Source: Octopus bimaculoides (taxonomy: Eukaryota). From it: DNA of 64,000 nt. Within the stretch, counting starts at the first letter, position 1, and each line of letters opens with the position of its first letter. Made by a program: the position numbers and the translations under genes. The notes under the pieces were generated by a model. It saw only the letters and a list, made by a program, of their open reading frames with translations, was not told the DNA's origin and ran no database searches. Below, one piece after another: positions 1 through 13,426 of this stretch. The stretch lies in NCBI RefSeq assembly GCF_001194135.2, contig NC_068981.1, forward strand, positions 193,045,293 to 193,109,292, given 5' to 3'.

Positions 1-339
1 AAGTTAGAGAAAGGAAGAGACACCATATTGTTCATTATTTTACAAACAAATCTAAAGGCTCTCCATCTAAGTTAAAAATCAATTAGGAGAAATGCATGAA
101 TGTCTCCCAATCCCAGCCCCACTAATCTAAAAATATATTTAGCCTTAGAGTTGATCTGAGGCTGAACAACAACAACAACAATACTTTGTCATACTTCAAC
201 AAAGACGGAAATATTGTCCTATCTCTCACTTATGAAAAAGTTTCTTTGATATCACTAAAAATAGCAACTAACTGTCCTTAAAATCACATCCCTACCCTGC
301 CCCTGCTCATTCTGATTCATGTTGCTGAGAGTTGGGGAC

Positions 340-950
340 CATGGACACATTCACCATCTCTTTCCATTGATTCCTGCCTCTGTTTTTGGTTGTGTATTCA
401 GCTTAAGTTCATGTCCATTCTTTAATGTCATCCAGTCAACATCTTTTTGGTCTCTCTTCTTTGTTTCCTATTGACTTTTCTCTCTAGGATGTGGGTGCTG
501 AATTTCTGGGCCCTGATGAACAAGTTCAAAATACTGCAGCTTCCTCTTCCTAAGAGATGTCAAAAATTCACTTTCTATTCCTATTTCTTCAAGTATTGAC
601 TCATTTGTTCAATGGTTAACCCAGCTGATCCTAAGTACTCCTCAGTAGCACATTGTTTCAAAAGCTTTGAGTTTTGCAGTGTTGTTTGCTCTTAGGGTCA
701 TGCTTACACATTTATAGAGTGCAACAGACCAATATTGTACCTTCAGGAATTTTCAATTTAATGTTCTTGTTAAGAGCTCTGTCTTTCCAAAATGTATCAA
801 ATGATTTTAAGACTGATCTTGCAGCCTCAAATTGTGCTCTTAGTTCATAGCCTTCATCTCCTGATTGTTCTATGAAAGCATCCAGATATTTGAACTTGGT
901 GACTTATCCCAATGTTACACCTTGGCATTAGACATTGAGTTGCTCTGGTG
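340..950 (-). mobile_element. RTE-clade LINE 3' relic (RT thumb/C-terminus)
   Basis: Manual minus-strand translation gives broken RTE motifs WSVALYKCVSMTL, LKAFETMCY*GVLRISW, TNESILEEI and RERPKRC*LDDIKEWT. A related relic lies at 35545-35840. Confidence 0.8.
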
Positions 951-1835
951 TTTTTAATCACTGCTATAACACATCCTAGCAACTTAAAAAAGGGACACAT
1001 TAAATAATCTAATCCGTTTTTTTTTATTACCCTGTCTTTTGTTCAGGAAGAAAGGGCAATCCTCATAACTTTTACATGGATTCTAAGGCTTTGTAGGATG
1101 GAAGAAAGGAGACCTGGTCCTAGAATATTTGCCACGAAGTGGACTCTTTTGAAGACACTCAAAAACCAGATGGTGCGAAAATGGGTGATGGATTAAGTCC
1201 ACGTATTTTCTGATGAAAACAAACAAACAATTCATAATGTGAATATCTTTGATCATAGTTCTTCATCATAGTTGACCTGGTATTAAACAACAACAACAAC
1301 TAAGAAGCTTCTTTCGGTATTCTTCTAATAAATCCACTTGGGAGGCTTTGGTTGGCCTGGGGCTAATTCTAATATTTATAAAATCTCCTTCAAATTACAT
1401 CTTACTGTCTTAAAACGCATGGACTAATTAATTACAGTACATCTGAACAACACCATTCTACACACACACATACTCACAACCTCCAATAAAAAATGGAATT
1501 TTCACAGCTAGAAATGCCTATGATCATAGATCTGTTGCATCAGGACATACTGGGGGAAGAAGAAATAACATCACACAATGATACACAGATATAAGCTTGT
1601 TGGTACAAAAGTAGTTACTCTGATGTGCGACAGATTTGTTACAGCAGTAGCAACAGTAGGCTATAGAGAATGCAACCCAAACAGTTCAAAACTAGAATAG
1701 ATTACTTTGATGTGAGGTGGATGATATAAAGGTAATCATTTCCTAACGACAATAATATTGTTCAAGGCTTAACCATGATAACCAACCTTTAGTTCAGTCT
1801 GCTGTAGGAATCAGTATTATTGGAAGCATCTAACT

Positions 1836-2087
1836 TAGTGATTCTCAACTGGAGTTCATATGACCCTTTGGGGTCCATATAAGATTTTGTTGTTAAAACT
1901 TGTGCGCAATAAATTGGTTATATTTCTACAATACACCAAATATTTTAACAATTTTTTAATACAATATCTAATAATATATAATCATAAAAATACAATAGGA
2001 TTCTTTAAACATCATGGCTATGAGAGTCCATCCAAATAAAATGGAAATCAAAGGAGTCCATAGTTAAATAATGGTTGAGAACCACTG
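1836..2087. mobile_element. hAT (Charlie-like) MITE, 252 bp
   Basis: TIRs tagtgattctcaac and gttgagaaccactg (consensus CAGTGGTTCTCAAC). Flanks atctaact and atctagac resemble the NTCTAGAN 8-bp Charlie target. Confidence 0.75.
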
Positions 2088-2231
2088 ATCTAGACTTTAG
2101 TTCCAATTTCCCTCTCTTTTATACATACATACATACACACATACGTACATACATACATACATCTTTCTCTTCTTTAATTTCTCCCCCTGTTGTTTCTTGT
2201 CTTCTGTTCCTTTTATTACCATTCTCACTTA

Positions 2232-2736
<505 letters not shown>

Positions 2737-2949
2737 ACTTCCTCTGTTTCATTTGAACATCAACATCAAAGACTTCTAAATTCTTTAAAAATATCTGATA
2801 TGAGACAAGTGTGAGGGGGAGAGAGTAAAGGAAAGGAGAGCGATAGACAGACAGACAGACAGATGGATAGATAGAGAGAGAGAAAGAGAGAGAGAGAGAG
2901 CTAGAGAGAAATGCCTTAAGGAGAGAGAAAGGGAGATGAGAAATTGATC

Positions 2950-3070
2950 TCAGTATTTGATTGGTGCTTTAGGATGAAAGCTAAAGTTGATCTCAGTGGG
3001 ATTTGAACTCAGAACATAATGCTGTCTGTAGGGCATTTCGATTTGGTGCTCTAATGACTTTGCTAATTCA
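2950..3070 (-). mobile_element. SINE family B fragment
   Basis: Reverse complement of the ttctgagttcaaat...tcaactttgcctttcatcc core seen at 15492, 49005 and 55825. Confidence 0.65.
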
Positions 3071-3726
3071 ATGTCTTTTGCTGAACTGAAGAGGCTGAAA
3101 AGAGATCTTTGAACCATCTTTGATAGCACACAATAAAGGTGAGGGCAGATTGAATGTTGATTGTTTTTCAAAGATTGGTGAGATGAACTACAGTTAAGTA
3201 TTTCAGTGTTGAAATGTCTGTTAGCCAACCAAACACTTCCATTCTGAATCAGTGGTTGAAGACTAACTAAGCACTTTGGATGAGGTATTATGAATATTAA
3301 ATAGTAACTCATGATGATATCACATAGTGAATGTATTCTGTATTAAACAATGAGACATTTTGTTAGAAATAATAATATTTGTATTACATAAATTTCTACA
3401 TCTACGTTTTCAATTACTTCTTTAAATATCAGCTGTAGTCCCATGGTTCTGGATTTGCTTTTATTGACATGTGATCCACTCACAGCAACAGGCAGGATAT
3501 CTCCTTTTTATATTTATGAGAGTATGTTATCAATTCTCTCATCACTACTTCTGTAAGTTCAATGAAGTCTATAGTTTACTGAGGAAATCAAATAACAACA
3601 AAAGATACTCAGAGTTATCTCCCATACATTCTCAAAACGACTCAAAACAATGTTCATCGATGACTAATGTATATTCTCCATTTTTTTCTCAAGTTAATCT
3701 TTTAGTGTTCCCCATATTTGGGAAAG

Positions 3727-4758
3727 TATAAACCACAAAATTCCTGTTAAGTGACAAAAGACAGGAGAAGGAAGTTTTTTAATCATATAACACAACACAA
3801 TTACATCTTACTTCAAGTGAATGTGGTCACGCATGGAAAAACTCTAAGAAAAAGAAGAGATGGTGAAAGATGGGGAGTTAAGCTGCATCAGGGAAAAGGC
3901 AGGAAAGAAGAGTGCAGAAAGCTTGAGGTTTGATATGGCCAAGAAAGAAGGAAGAAAGAGGTTATTTTCTTGTTGCTATGCACATATGAGGTGTATAGGT
4001 CATGGATTTAAGGTTAAACTTCATTCTGGAAATAATTCTATGATATTTTCCCAGCCTTTGTTGTTCTTTCCGTCATTCTAAAGAAATGTAAGCAACACGT
4101 GATTTATCAATGGTATTAGTTTAAATACAACAATAAAACCAACTAACGAAAGAAGTTTTGCGCAGAATTCTTCAAATATATATATATAATGTATTCTTCT
4201 CTCAAGTTGTTCTGACACTGTTGCTATAGTTACTGTCTAGAAGGAAATAAAAAATTTTATAGCCAAGAACCATTCTTTGAAACTGATGTTTGCAAAGTTA
4301 TAGCTCACAATAACTTACTCGAACAAAAATATGTTTACTACACATACACACACACATGCGTGCGCATGCACACACACACAAACACAAACTGTTTTATTTC
4401 TTCCTTGACACAAGAGAAATTCTAAATATTTAGATAAAAACAGCAACTGTTGTTTTGTTGTTGTTGCTGCTACTGTGGCTGTTGTTGTTGCTATTGTTGT
4501 TTAACCCTAATTCAGTCCTGATCCAGTTGACATGTGGTCAAATATGCTTCAGTTGTGACTACTTCCTCTTTAGTTTCGGACAACATTATTCAGTGTGTGA
4601 AAGCACATAGGCCTAGTGGTTAGGGTGTCTGGTTCATGATTGCAAACTCTTGAGTTCCATTCCTGGATCAGGAAGCTCATTGTATCTTTAAGTAAGGCAT
4701 TTCATTTTACATTGCTCTAGTTTGTTCAGCTGAAAATAAACACCAGTTGAGTATTGGA

Positions 4759-4813
<55 letters not shown>

Positions 4814-4904
4814 NNNNNNNNNNNNNNNNNNNNNNNNNNNNNNNNNNNNNNNNNNNNNNNNNNNNNNNNNNNNNNNNNNNNNNNNNNNNNNNNNNNNNNN
4901 NNNN

Positions 4905-4949
<45 letters not shown>

Positions 4950-5587
4950 GCTGTCACATTCTGGAGGTTGCATTGGATCAATCTTTGGAAGAGTCAAGAT
5001 GGTGTCTTTGTGTGCAGTGATTACATAGACACTTAAAACAGTTACTGAAAGCATGGTATATGTTACCAAGCCATATGCATTTATGTTTGATGGTTGGTTC
5101 TTTATGCTGCCTAATTTATGTACCTTTAGTACTGAGTCCAACATTTCTTCAAAGAGCAGCTATTACTACTTTCACTTCTGAAGTCCACTTTTCTTTATCA
5201 AGCCTAACAAACGATAAACTCTTTGATACTGTAAGGCTGCAGACCACCATTTTCCTTATGGTTCACAGGAATTATTTCCAGAATGAAGTTTAACCTTAAA
5301 TCCATGACCTATACACCTCATATGTGCATAGCAACAAGAAAATAACCTCTTTCTTCCTTCTTTCTTGGTCATATCAAACCTCAAGCTTTCTGCTCTCGTC
5401 TTTCCTGCCTTTTCCCTGATGCAACTCAACTTCCCATCCTTCATCATCTACCTGTACTTATTTTTCTGAGAGTTCTTCTATGTGTGATCACATTCACTTG
5501 AAGTAAGATGTAACTGTGTTGTGTTATATGATTAAAAAACTTCATTCTCCTATCTTTTGTCACTTGACAGGAATTTTGTGGTTTATA
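3727..5587. repeat. Long inverted repeat: arms 3727-4038 and 5269-5587, 1230-bp spacer
   Basis: Direct alignment of the arms: about 90% identity in the outer part with one 7-nt indel, and 1 mismatch over the inner ~120 nt. Confidence 0.95.
4598..4745 (+). mobile_element. SINE family C head fragment
   Basis: aagcacataggcctagtggttaggg...gagttccattcc, a tRNA-like head related to 13427 and 55160. Confidence 0.6.
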
Positions 5588-5864
5588 TTTTAGTTCATGT
5601 ATCACTCAACCACATGACTAATCTGCTTCCCTCCACATTTCTATCCCATTGTGGGTCTGTGGCAAAGCTGACCTTTGAATTACATGTATAGTCTATCTAA
5701 TATTATGATGTAAGAGGATGAGTATTTTATAAACACCTGTAATCTAATGTAATCCACAGGTACATACTCAACAAATGGCAAAGCTAGACATTTCTGAATA
5801 ACAATTTACCAAGGATTCATTGTGTTTATGACAGACTTCATTCAGTGACCTTGTCATTTCTTAG

Positions 5865-6030
5865 CATCAGAGCCAATGCTGACTGAGCAGACCTAGGATT
5901 AAAGACATTCTAGTTCAGCTTATTTCATCTTTGAGGGGCTAACACAGGCTGTTTTATCTAATGTATCTTTTTCGTATTTAAGATCACAGAGTATGATTTC
6001 AGAGGGAGATTTATCAGCTATTTCTAGCTG
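5865..6030 (-). mobile_element. (AAC)n-tailed retroposon-like repeat, family F
   Basis: Matches the motif ctgctagaaatagcagccaaatctccctcaaatcacaccctac...gatcataggtctgctc. Other copies near 100, 1500, 4495, 17608, 27890, 49570, 54355, 59640 and 60360. Confidence 0.6.
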
Positions 6031-6157
6031 ATTAAGTAACAATGTATAGGCTCCCTTACTGAGTCTGTTTATTAACATTAGAGTGAGATCAATGATGTAT
6101 TGATTGACTGATTGATTCTTTATGTTAACTATTAGCCACATTATTGCTGTATGTGGA

Positions 6158-6206
<49 letters not shown>

Positions 6207-6385
6207 TACATACATACATACATACAGACAGACAGACAGATAGAAAGATAGATAGATAGAAAGATAGATAGATGGATAGATAGATAGATAGATGGATAGA
6301 TAGATAGATAGATAGATGGATGGATGGATGGATGGATGGATGGATAGATGGATGGATGGATAGATGGATAAATAGATAGATAGTG
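6158..6385. repeat. Compound microsatellite (GA)n-(TACA)n-(GACA)n-(GATA)n-(GGAT)n
   Basis: Seen directly. Confidence 0.95.
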
Positions 6386-6425
6386 AAGGAGAAAGATAAA
6401 AAATGTGAATGAGAGGGAGGCGGAG

Positions 6426-6730
6426 CAGGGTTGCCAGATTAAGTTACAAGTGATAGATTACACTACTTTGTAGTATTGTCCATTTCTATTCTCCTTTTAA
6501 ATGAGGGTTACCTGCTATTCTAGAATTTTAATTTTTAAATGCAAAAGTCTTATTAAATTATCAATTAAATTACCAATTAAATTATCAGTTAAACTTGAAC
6601 TGACCCACAGGCAAATATTGTTTTTTTTTTAAATTTATGAACAAAATGATCTTTTTTAGGTTAGTTATTTAATTTGCTACAATTTGAAAAATTTGAGCTA
6701 CTTTTTATGAAACTAAACTAGCAACCCCTG
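6426..6730. mobile_element. Putative MITE
   Basis: Termini cagggttgccag and ctagcaacccctg are inverted. AT-rich interior with a 12-nt tandem (aattaaattatc). No TSD preserved. Confidence 0.5.
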
Positions 6731-7384
6731 GATTGGTAATCCTCTGAGTGCTCTTACTGAGGATGGAAACTAAATGTGGTTTTGTGTTAACTGAAAAGTC
6801 TTTCATTGAAGCAACAACGTAATAGAAGTTAACGTTATAAGTGATGTAGGTGGTTGACCTTAACGGAGGTGAGTAATTGCTGCAACTTGATTCCTAACTG
6901 ATGAAAAAATGGCTCTTTACTGAAATAAATAGCATTTTTATAGCAGGTTTCTCATGGCGTATGATGAGTCTGTTTATTATACAAAACGTTTTAAAACATT
7001 CTCTCCTTACCTCTGTACACCTTTCATTTTAGTTTTTGCCCACACACAAATACACCAACAGCTTTCTCTGTTTTTCTCTCTCCCACCATCATCTCTCTCT
7101 TTCACCCTCATTCTCTCTGTCCTCATATNNNNNNNNNNNNNNNNNNNNNNNNNNNNNNNNNNNNNNNNNNNNNNNNNNNNNNNNNNNNNNNNNNNNNNNN
7201 NNNNNNNNNNNNNNNNNNNNNNNNNNNNTATATATATATATATATATATATGTATATTACATGTACGTGTGTGTGTGTGTATACAAACATGTATGTATAC
7301 ACCCCCACCATTTATATTTATACATAAATCTACAGAAGCAATATCTGGACATATTGTCAGTGTCATATCCTGGAGTCAATGAAT

Positions 7385-8540
7385 GTTTTGAGTCTTACAA
7401 CATTTTCCCTCATCCAGGTGACCTGGTCTAGGTTGATCAACTCTGGTCCTCTGTCCGAGTGGCATTCTACTGATTCCACTGGTCATCTCTTTTCAGCCCA
7501 AACTATCTCAATGCTTTATCTACAGTATTACTATTGTTATTGATGGCTCTTTCATTTATTCCTGTAATGCACTGAGTTCCACAGGCTTTCTTAAGAGCAG
7601 AGATCTGTGAATCCTTAACTGCTCGTTTTCATTAGTAGTCACCTTGTCTTCTACTTGTTACTGCAATAGTCCTCCACCAACTCCTGGTTTTGTGTTCTCT
7701 TCCCTTCTTCTGTGTCTTCGATTCTCCCCTCCAAGGACATAGTTAACTGCAGTAAGATGAGCTGTCTTGTTGCCTCATAAGCTGAGGTAACGTGTCTGGT
7801 TTCAATGAGAATTAAGTGATACGTGACAGGAATCTCAACACTTCTTTAGGTTAACTCTTATCATCCAGTCATATACTGTGGAAAGCAAACCGTTGAAGCA
7901 GTTCTTGGACTGTTTTTTTTTCAGCTGCTCTCTTTCTCTCTCTCTCTCTCTCCTTAAAGATAATTTTCCTGGTTTTTTATTATCAGTGACGGCCTTAAGG
8001 GTCTGGTCATGCTTCCAGTGATAGCTTCTTTACCCCAGTGTCTTGTGGAGCAGCTGCTAAGGATGGATTCACCCCCACCATCTTAAAATACCGAGCATTC
8101 ACACTGTACTCCATTTAAATAGGTTGGATGGGCTGAGATGGATGTTTAGACCCTACTGAATCAAGAACTTCATCTTCTCTAGGTATCACTTTGCTGCAAG
8201 TTGATATTCCACTCCATTGCCTCTTCTGACTTCATTTAAACACTTTGTTTTTTGCATTGCTACTGCTCTACTTGTTTGTTCTTCCTCCACTAAAGTTCAT
8301 ACCACTTCTTGCACCAGCTTCTGCCTATCTTTCTTGCTGTCTATGTCATTGCAGGTCATTATTAATCTTTCAAATCCAGCTCTGCCTTGTGCCACACTCT
8401 CAAGAAGAGCCTGGTATTTCAGCCACATTACTGTCTACTGGATTGCTTAAGCTGCCTTCCATTTCTTCAATGTCCTCACTATAATCCCTGTACTGGACAT
8501 TTTGGAGCTGCTCTCATACCTGTGTCATCACAAATTCTTC
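7385..8540 (-). mobile_element. HERO-like RLE non-LTR retrotransposon, decayed 3' part
   Basis: Broken minus-strand motifs RKWKAA...SVAQGRAG, HPSPSNLFKW, HILSSCS...HWKHDQTLKAVTD (zinc knuckle) and a TM(V)PWEGRIE-like RLE segment. The 3' UTR-like ggtcacctggatgaggg...tgttgtaagactcaaaac resembles HERO as I recall it. Confidence 0.7.
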
Positions 8541-8544
8541 TCTG

Positions 8545-8857
8545 TCAGAACAAACAAAAACCTGAGCTTGTTATTGCTCCTCATACACTCCTCTCCACAC
8601 ACTTTCTGCAACATTGCATAGGCCTCTGAGCAGGTATCGCCATGACAACTTTCTCTGTCATGGTCAGTTCGATGATCACTTGTTACACACCTTCCTACCA
8701 AGCTGTGCTGTAAACAGTGGAAGTGAGCTAGAACGTTAAAACTTAGTGCACATGTACATGCACAGCAGAGTTCAAGGTCAATTTTTGCCAAGCAGCTTCA
8801 CACTGTGTGCTTCATTACTATGACAACAGTCCAGATACTAATTGATCAGACTGCGTA
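8545..8857 (-). mobile_element. Mariner 5' end with TIR and N-terminal transposase relic
   Basis: TIR tacgcagtctgatcaattagtatctggac. ORF track peptide TCSEAYAMLQKVCGEECMRS resembles the mariner N-terminal HTH. Same family as 41170-41684. Confidence 0.7.
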
Positions 8858-9177
8858 CATGCAAATATATCCTGTTGATGCTGTTGAAATCTCAATGAAG
8901 GAACCTTGGATCTTGGTTAAAAACCGATTCTTATTCTATTGGCAAGAAATCTTGAAATATAACTAAATAATGACATACATATATACATACATACATGTAT
9001 GTATGTATGTATGTATGTATGTATGTATGTATGTATGTATGTATGTATGTATGTATGTATGTATGTATGCATGAATGTATGTATGCATATACGTATACAT
9101 GCATGAGTAGAAGCGAGGGTGAGGGAGAGAGTGAGCAGGTGAGAGTGAGAAGCAGACAGACATAAATAGATAGATCG

Positions 9178-9513
9178 GAGACCCTCCTCGGTCACGAATG
9201 ACCATGGGATTGCACCTAGAAAGTTACCCTTCCAGGCACAAGCCTGGGCAAGGTTGTTTATGGAAGACCAGCAGTTGCCCATGCATACCAGCCTCCCCTC
9301 CCCATGTCACCAGTGTTATTCAAAGGAAAGGCAAAGGGGCTGATACCGATTGGCACCAGTGATGTCGCAACTCATTTCTACAGCTGAGTGAACTGAAGCA
9401 ATGTGAAATAAAGTGTCTTGCTCAAGAACACAACATGCAACCTGGTCCGGGTTTTGAACTCACAACCTCACGATCGTAAGATCGACGCTCTAACCACTGA
9501 GCCATGCACCTTC
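9178..9513 (-). mobile_element. tRNA-derived SINE family C, near full length
   Basis: Reverse complement of 13427-13770. Head gaaggtgcatggctcagtggttagagcgtcgatcttacgatcgtgaggttgtgagttc. Flanked by (AGAT)n on both sides. Confidence 0.9.
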
Positions 9514-9640
9514 ACATATAGATAGATAGATACATATATATATACATACACATATATCTATCTGTCTATCTATCTATCTATTTATCACATATATATCATA
9601 TATATATATATGTGTATGTATACACACACACACACACATA

Positions 9641-9681
<41 letters not shown>

Positions 9682-11929
9682 TAGCGTAGCTAGAGTGTGT
9701 GCCACTCAGCTTCAATTTGCTGCCCTCAGGCCCCACAAAAAACACATTTGCCTACAGCAGACCCAAAAGTGCTGCTGGGGAGGACCACCCCTATAGCCCC
9801 CACCATCTATGCTAGTGCGTGTGTGTATGCGTGTGCGCGTGCGAGTATATATATATATATATATATAAATGCCTGAACTTTTACGTGTTCACATATAGAA
9901 AGTAAAAGGAATGTTGCCATATGTTATGTAATTGCACGTATTTGACTCTAAACATTAGAGAGATTATCAGTCACGTGTTGTGATGTTATCTTCAAACAAT
10001 GGATGTACTTTTGCATTACAGCAGCCTTTCTGAAGGTATCAGAAATACCTGTTCTATATCTACTATTAATGTCGGTCATACAATCGTCTGGCATTGCTGG
10101 ATACTACTATAATATTCATATGACATTTTATTGACAGTCATATTGGAGTTCCACTCATTTTTAACAAACTGTGATTACTACTAATTCTGTAGCCAGATAC
10201 CATTTGAAATAAACAAGATGAATTTTGGCAGATAAGAGAAAGTTTATATCTAATTTTGTCTTGTAATGCCATGAATGAGAGAAAGAATAAGTTGGGTCAA
10301 TTATGTACTCACTTACTGAGAATCAAAGCTGTGAAAATCATTAAAAAATCATTTATAACAAATTTTCCTTTCACCTAACGGAATCAATGAGCTTGGTAGT
10401 TTTGTTAGTCTCTAAACTTTGGAATATACAATATAAACTGAGAACCTGGTGTGGATGGAAAACGGGTAAAGTATAATAAATAGATTAATTGACTGAGAAC
10501 CAGAATTGGCCGAGCCAAGGTGACTTTCAACAAATAGTGTACAACTCCTGTCATGACATCAAATGTTATTGCGGAACAGAATCACAAACTGCTTGTTGAG
10601 GTACCCTCTAATGCAAGGACCATACGTTTGTGTTGATTTTGCAATGTACAATGAAGATGGAGAGAGATGTGCTCAGCTTTGGCTGAACAAAAGTTAGCTG
10701 GATGTAAAGTGGTTTTCAAGAGGTCACCACAGCAAACATAGCAAAACACCCAAGTATGTTCAAATCCTGTAGAGACCAGATATGTCTTTCATAAATACAG
10801 GATTGATACTACACACACGTATGTGTACATACATACATACATACACACATACATACATACATACATATATGTGTGTGTGCATGTGCTTGCGCATGTGTAT
10901 ATGTATGTGTGTATGTGTGCATGTGCCATGAGTGCTACTGGTAACATGGAGTCCAGTACAACCTGTTGCGTGGTCAGATCATAGGTGACTAAACCAGCAC
11001 TCCACTCATTTATTTATTTTTCCTAAAGCGAAAATTGTAGGAAAAATTTTAGGAAAGATAAATAAGTAAATGAGTAGAAACTATACCGGTGAGTGCGTTA
11101 AATAATAAGGCACTAAAAGAGAATGACTCTCTCCAGACACAACAAAATATGCTTCAACGCACGAACTCACATTAAAGAATCTTGCAAACCAAATCCAAAA
11201 ACGAAGTGTAAATGTGCTATACATAATTATATGTAATTAGAGTTACTTCCCTTGGTATAGAAATAGGAAAGAGTTATTTCCCTTGCATTGCTTTACTCCC
11301 AATTCTGTGTAATTCTATGTACACTAGTGATGGTGTATAATGACAACAGTAAGACAACAAATGAAGTCATACAGGTGTTTGTTAAGATCAGCATTTACTC
11401 TGACAACACTAACTACAACAACATGTAAACTAAACAAATCAATAGACCGAAAGTCTTGAGATAGGAAAAACAATCTGAGCCAATTCAAATCCCATCCATG
11501 GACTTGTTTCATTGATTACCTTTAATGTACTTTTGCTATTTATAATATCACTTTATGTTCGGAATCTTTGTTGTTAATTCATTCATGATACTAAAATATA
11601 TTGACATGCTTAAAACATATTTAACTTAACAGAGTTTTCAACATAGTTTACTTATAAAGCTGCTATTTTCTTGGTATAATAGCTGGGTTCAATTGAAATC
11701 AGTTTTGCAGTTAGGATAGTAGATTAAATCCCTAATTAGGTTTAGCCTCTCAATCTAACCATCTTAGGTGCCTTTAACAAAGTCCATTGTGTTGCAAGCA
11801 TTCAGACCAGGTCTCTCTGGTTTGGGAATCACTTCCTCCTTCCATTCCACCAATCTCAAAAGCCCTTGATAAAAGGTCCGTCTTCCCTGGCACTACCTTT
11901 CTTCCTCCTATAAGTAAGTCATATAATAG

Positions 11930-12345
11930 GTGCAGGCGTGGCTGTGTGGTAAGAACCTTGTTTCCCAATCACATGGTTCTATGTTCAGTCCCACTGCATG
12001 ACATGTTGGGCAAGTATTTTCTATTCTAACCATGGGCTGACCAAAGCCTTATGAGTGGGTTTGGTAGATGAAACTGAAACATATCCATATATATATATAT
12101 ATATTTGTATGTACATATATATAAATANNNNNNNNNNNNNNNNNNNNNNNNNNNNNNNNNNNNNNNNNNNNNNNNNNNNNNNNNNNNNNNNNNNNNNNNN
12201 NNNNNNNNNNNNNNNNNNNNNNNNNNNNNNNNGTGTTCGTGTGTCTACATCCTTGTAGCTTAGTAGTTTGGCAAAAGAGACTAGCAAAATAAGTACCAGG
12301 CTGAGAAAAAAAAAAAAACCCAAAAAACCAGAGATTAAGCACTGG
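11930..12345 (+). mobile_element. SINE family A (gap in internal microsatellite)
   Basis: Head gcaggcgtggctgtgtggtaagaacc; tail aaaagagactagcaaaataagtaccagg. Confidence 0.8.
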
Positions 12346-12879
12346 AGTCAATTCATTTAGTTGTTATCTCTAACAAATCCACTAACCACATAGAAGCTTT
12401 TAATTGGCTCGTTAATGAGGAAGGATTCAATAAAAGCAACTACTTACTGTTGATACAAAATGTGTCTCTTTAAACTTTATCCAACTTTAGATGTGTCTGC
12501 CTGAAAGGGATGGAAACACAATCGGTTAACATGTATCTGATAAATATCATGGCAAAGTTTACTCATAATCATCATCATAAAGCTTATTCACAATTATTCA
12601 TAATAAAATTAGGAGAAATGCAGAAAGATATGAAGTGGATACACACTGACTTCACAACCAAGAATCAAAACTTCATTCTTCATGCCTCTGTCCATTGTTT
12701 TTGGAATCTACAGTCAGTATTTGTTTGTGCCACCTGTCATCACCATATCAGGTGAAACAGTTCAATTTAAGTAGGTGATTCAACTTCCCAGGTTATTGAT
12801 CTAGCTTAGCTTTAGGAGAGCTATAAGTATGAGACATCTGTAGAGAAATACGTTTTCCCTGAGTGATTTCAGAGAGGTA

Positions 12880-12920
<41 letters not shown>

Positions 12921-13107
12921 TTTGTTGAAATGTCNNNNNNNNNNAGTTAAAATGGTGATTCCCTTTCCATCCACAATTTTCAGAGTTAATTTCTTTTACT
13001 CTCTCCTTTATTGTTTGCCACTTGCAGACAACAAACTTGTCACCAATGGTAAACCTTACACGAGCTTTATATCATTAATGTTTTTTCCTTCCACACAACT
13101 TAGTATT

Positions 13108-13320
13108 CGAATGGTGCTTTTTACATATCATTGGTACTGGGAGCCAGTCAGGTTGGCACTGGCAATGACCCACGCATGAATGGTGCTTATTGCATGCCAC
13201 CAGCATGGAAGCCAGTCAGGCGACACTGGCATCGGCCACAACTACAATTTCCATTTGATTGTGGTTTAATTTGATTTTGATTTTGATTTACTTGACTCAA
13301 TAGGTCTCCTCAAGCACATA
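13108..13320 (-). mobile_element. RTE 3'-UTR-derived repeat (family D), tandem-unit part
   Basis: Two ggtgctttttac...gccagtcagg units matching 46180-46340 and 18985-19120. Confidence 0.65.
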
Positions 13321-13326
13321 TATATA

Positions 13327-13403
<77 letters not shown>

Positions 13404-13426
13404 TTATATATCTATCACATATATGT

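Noticed and set aside
5920-6219. Protein-looking ORF (LEIADKSPSEIILCDLKY) resembling text at 14750-14900
   Set aside because: The segment is the family F repeat read in frame, and the 14750 region has stops in all frames.
9679-9817. Possible mini hAT (cactagcgtagcta / ctatgctagtg); similar weak case at 63009-63164
   Set aside because: TIR match is short and no TSD is present, so support is insufficient.
11769-11912. Plus-strand exon candidate ending at GTAAGT next to a SINE head
   Set aside because: Acceptor choice is ambiguous, the best acceptor gives stops, and no homology is recognised.
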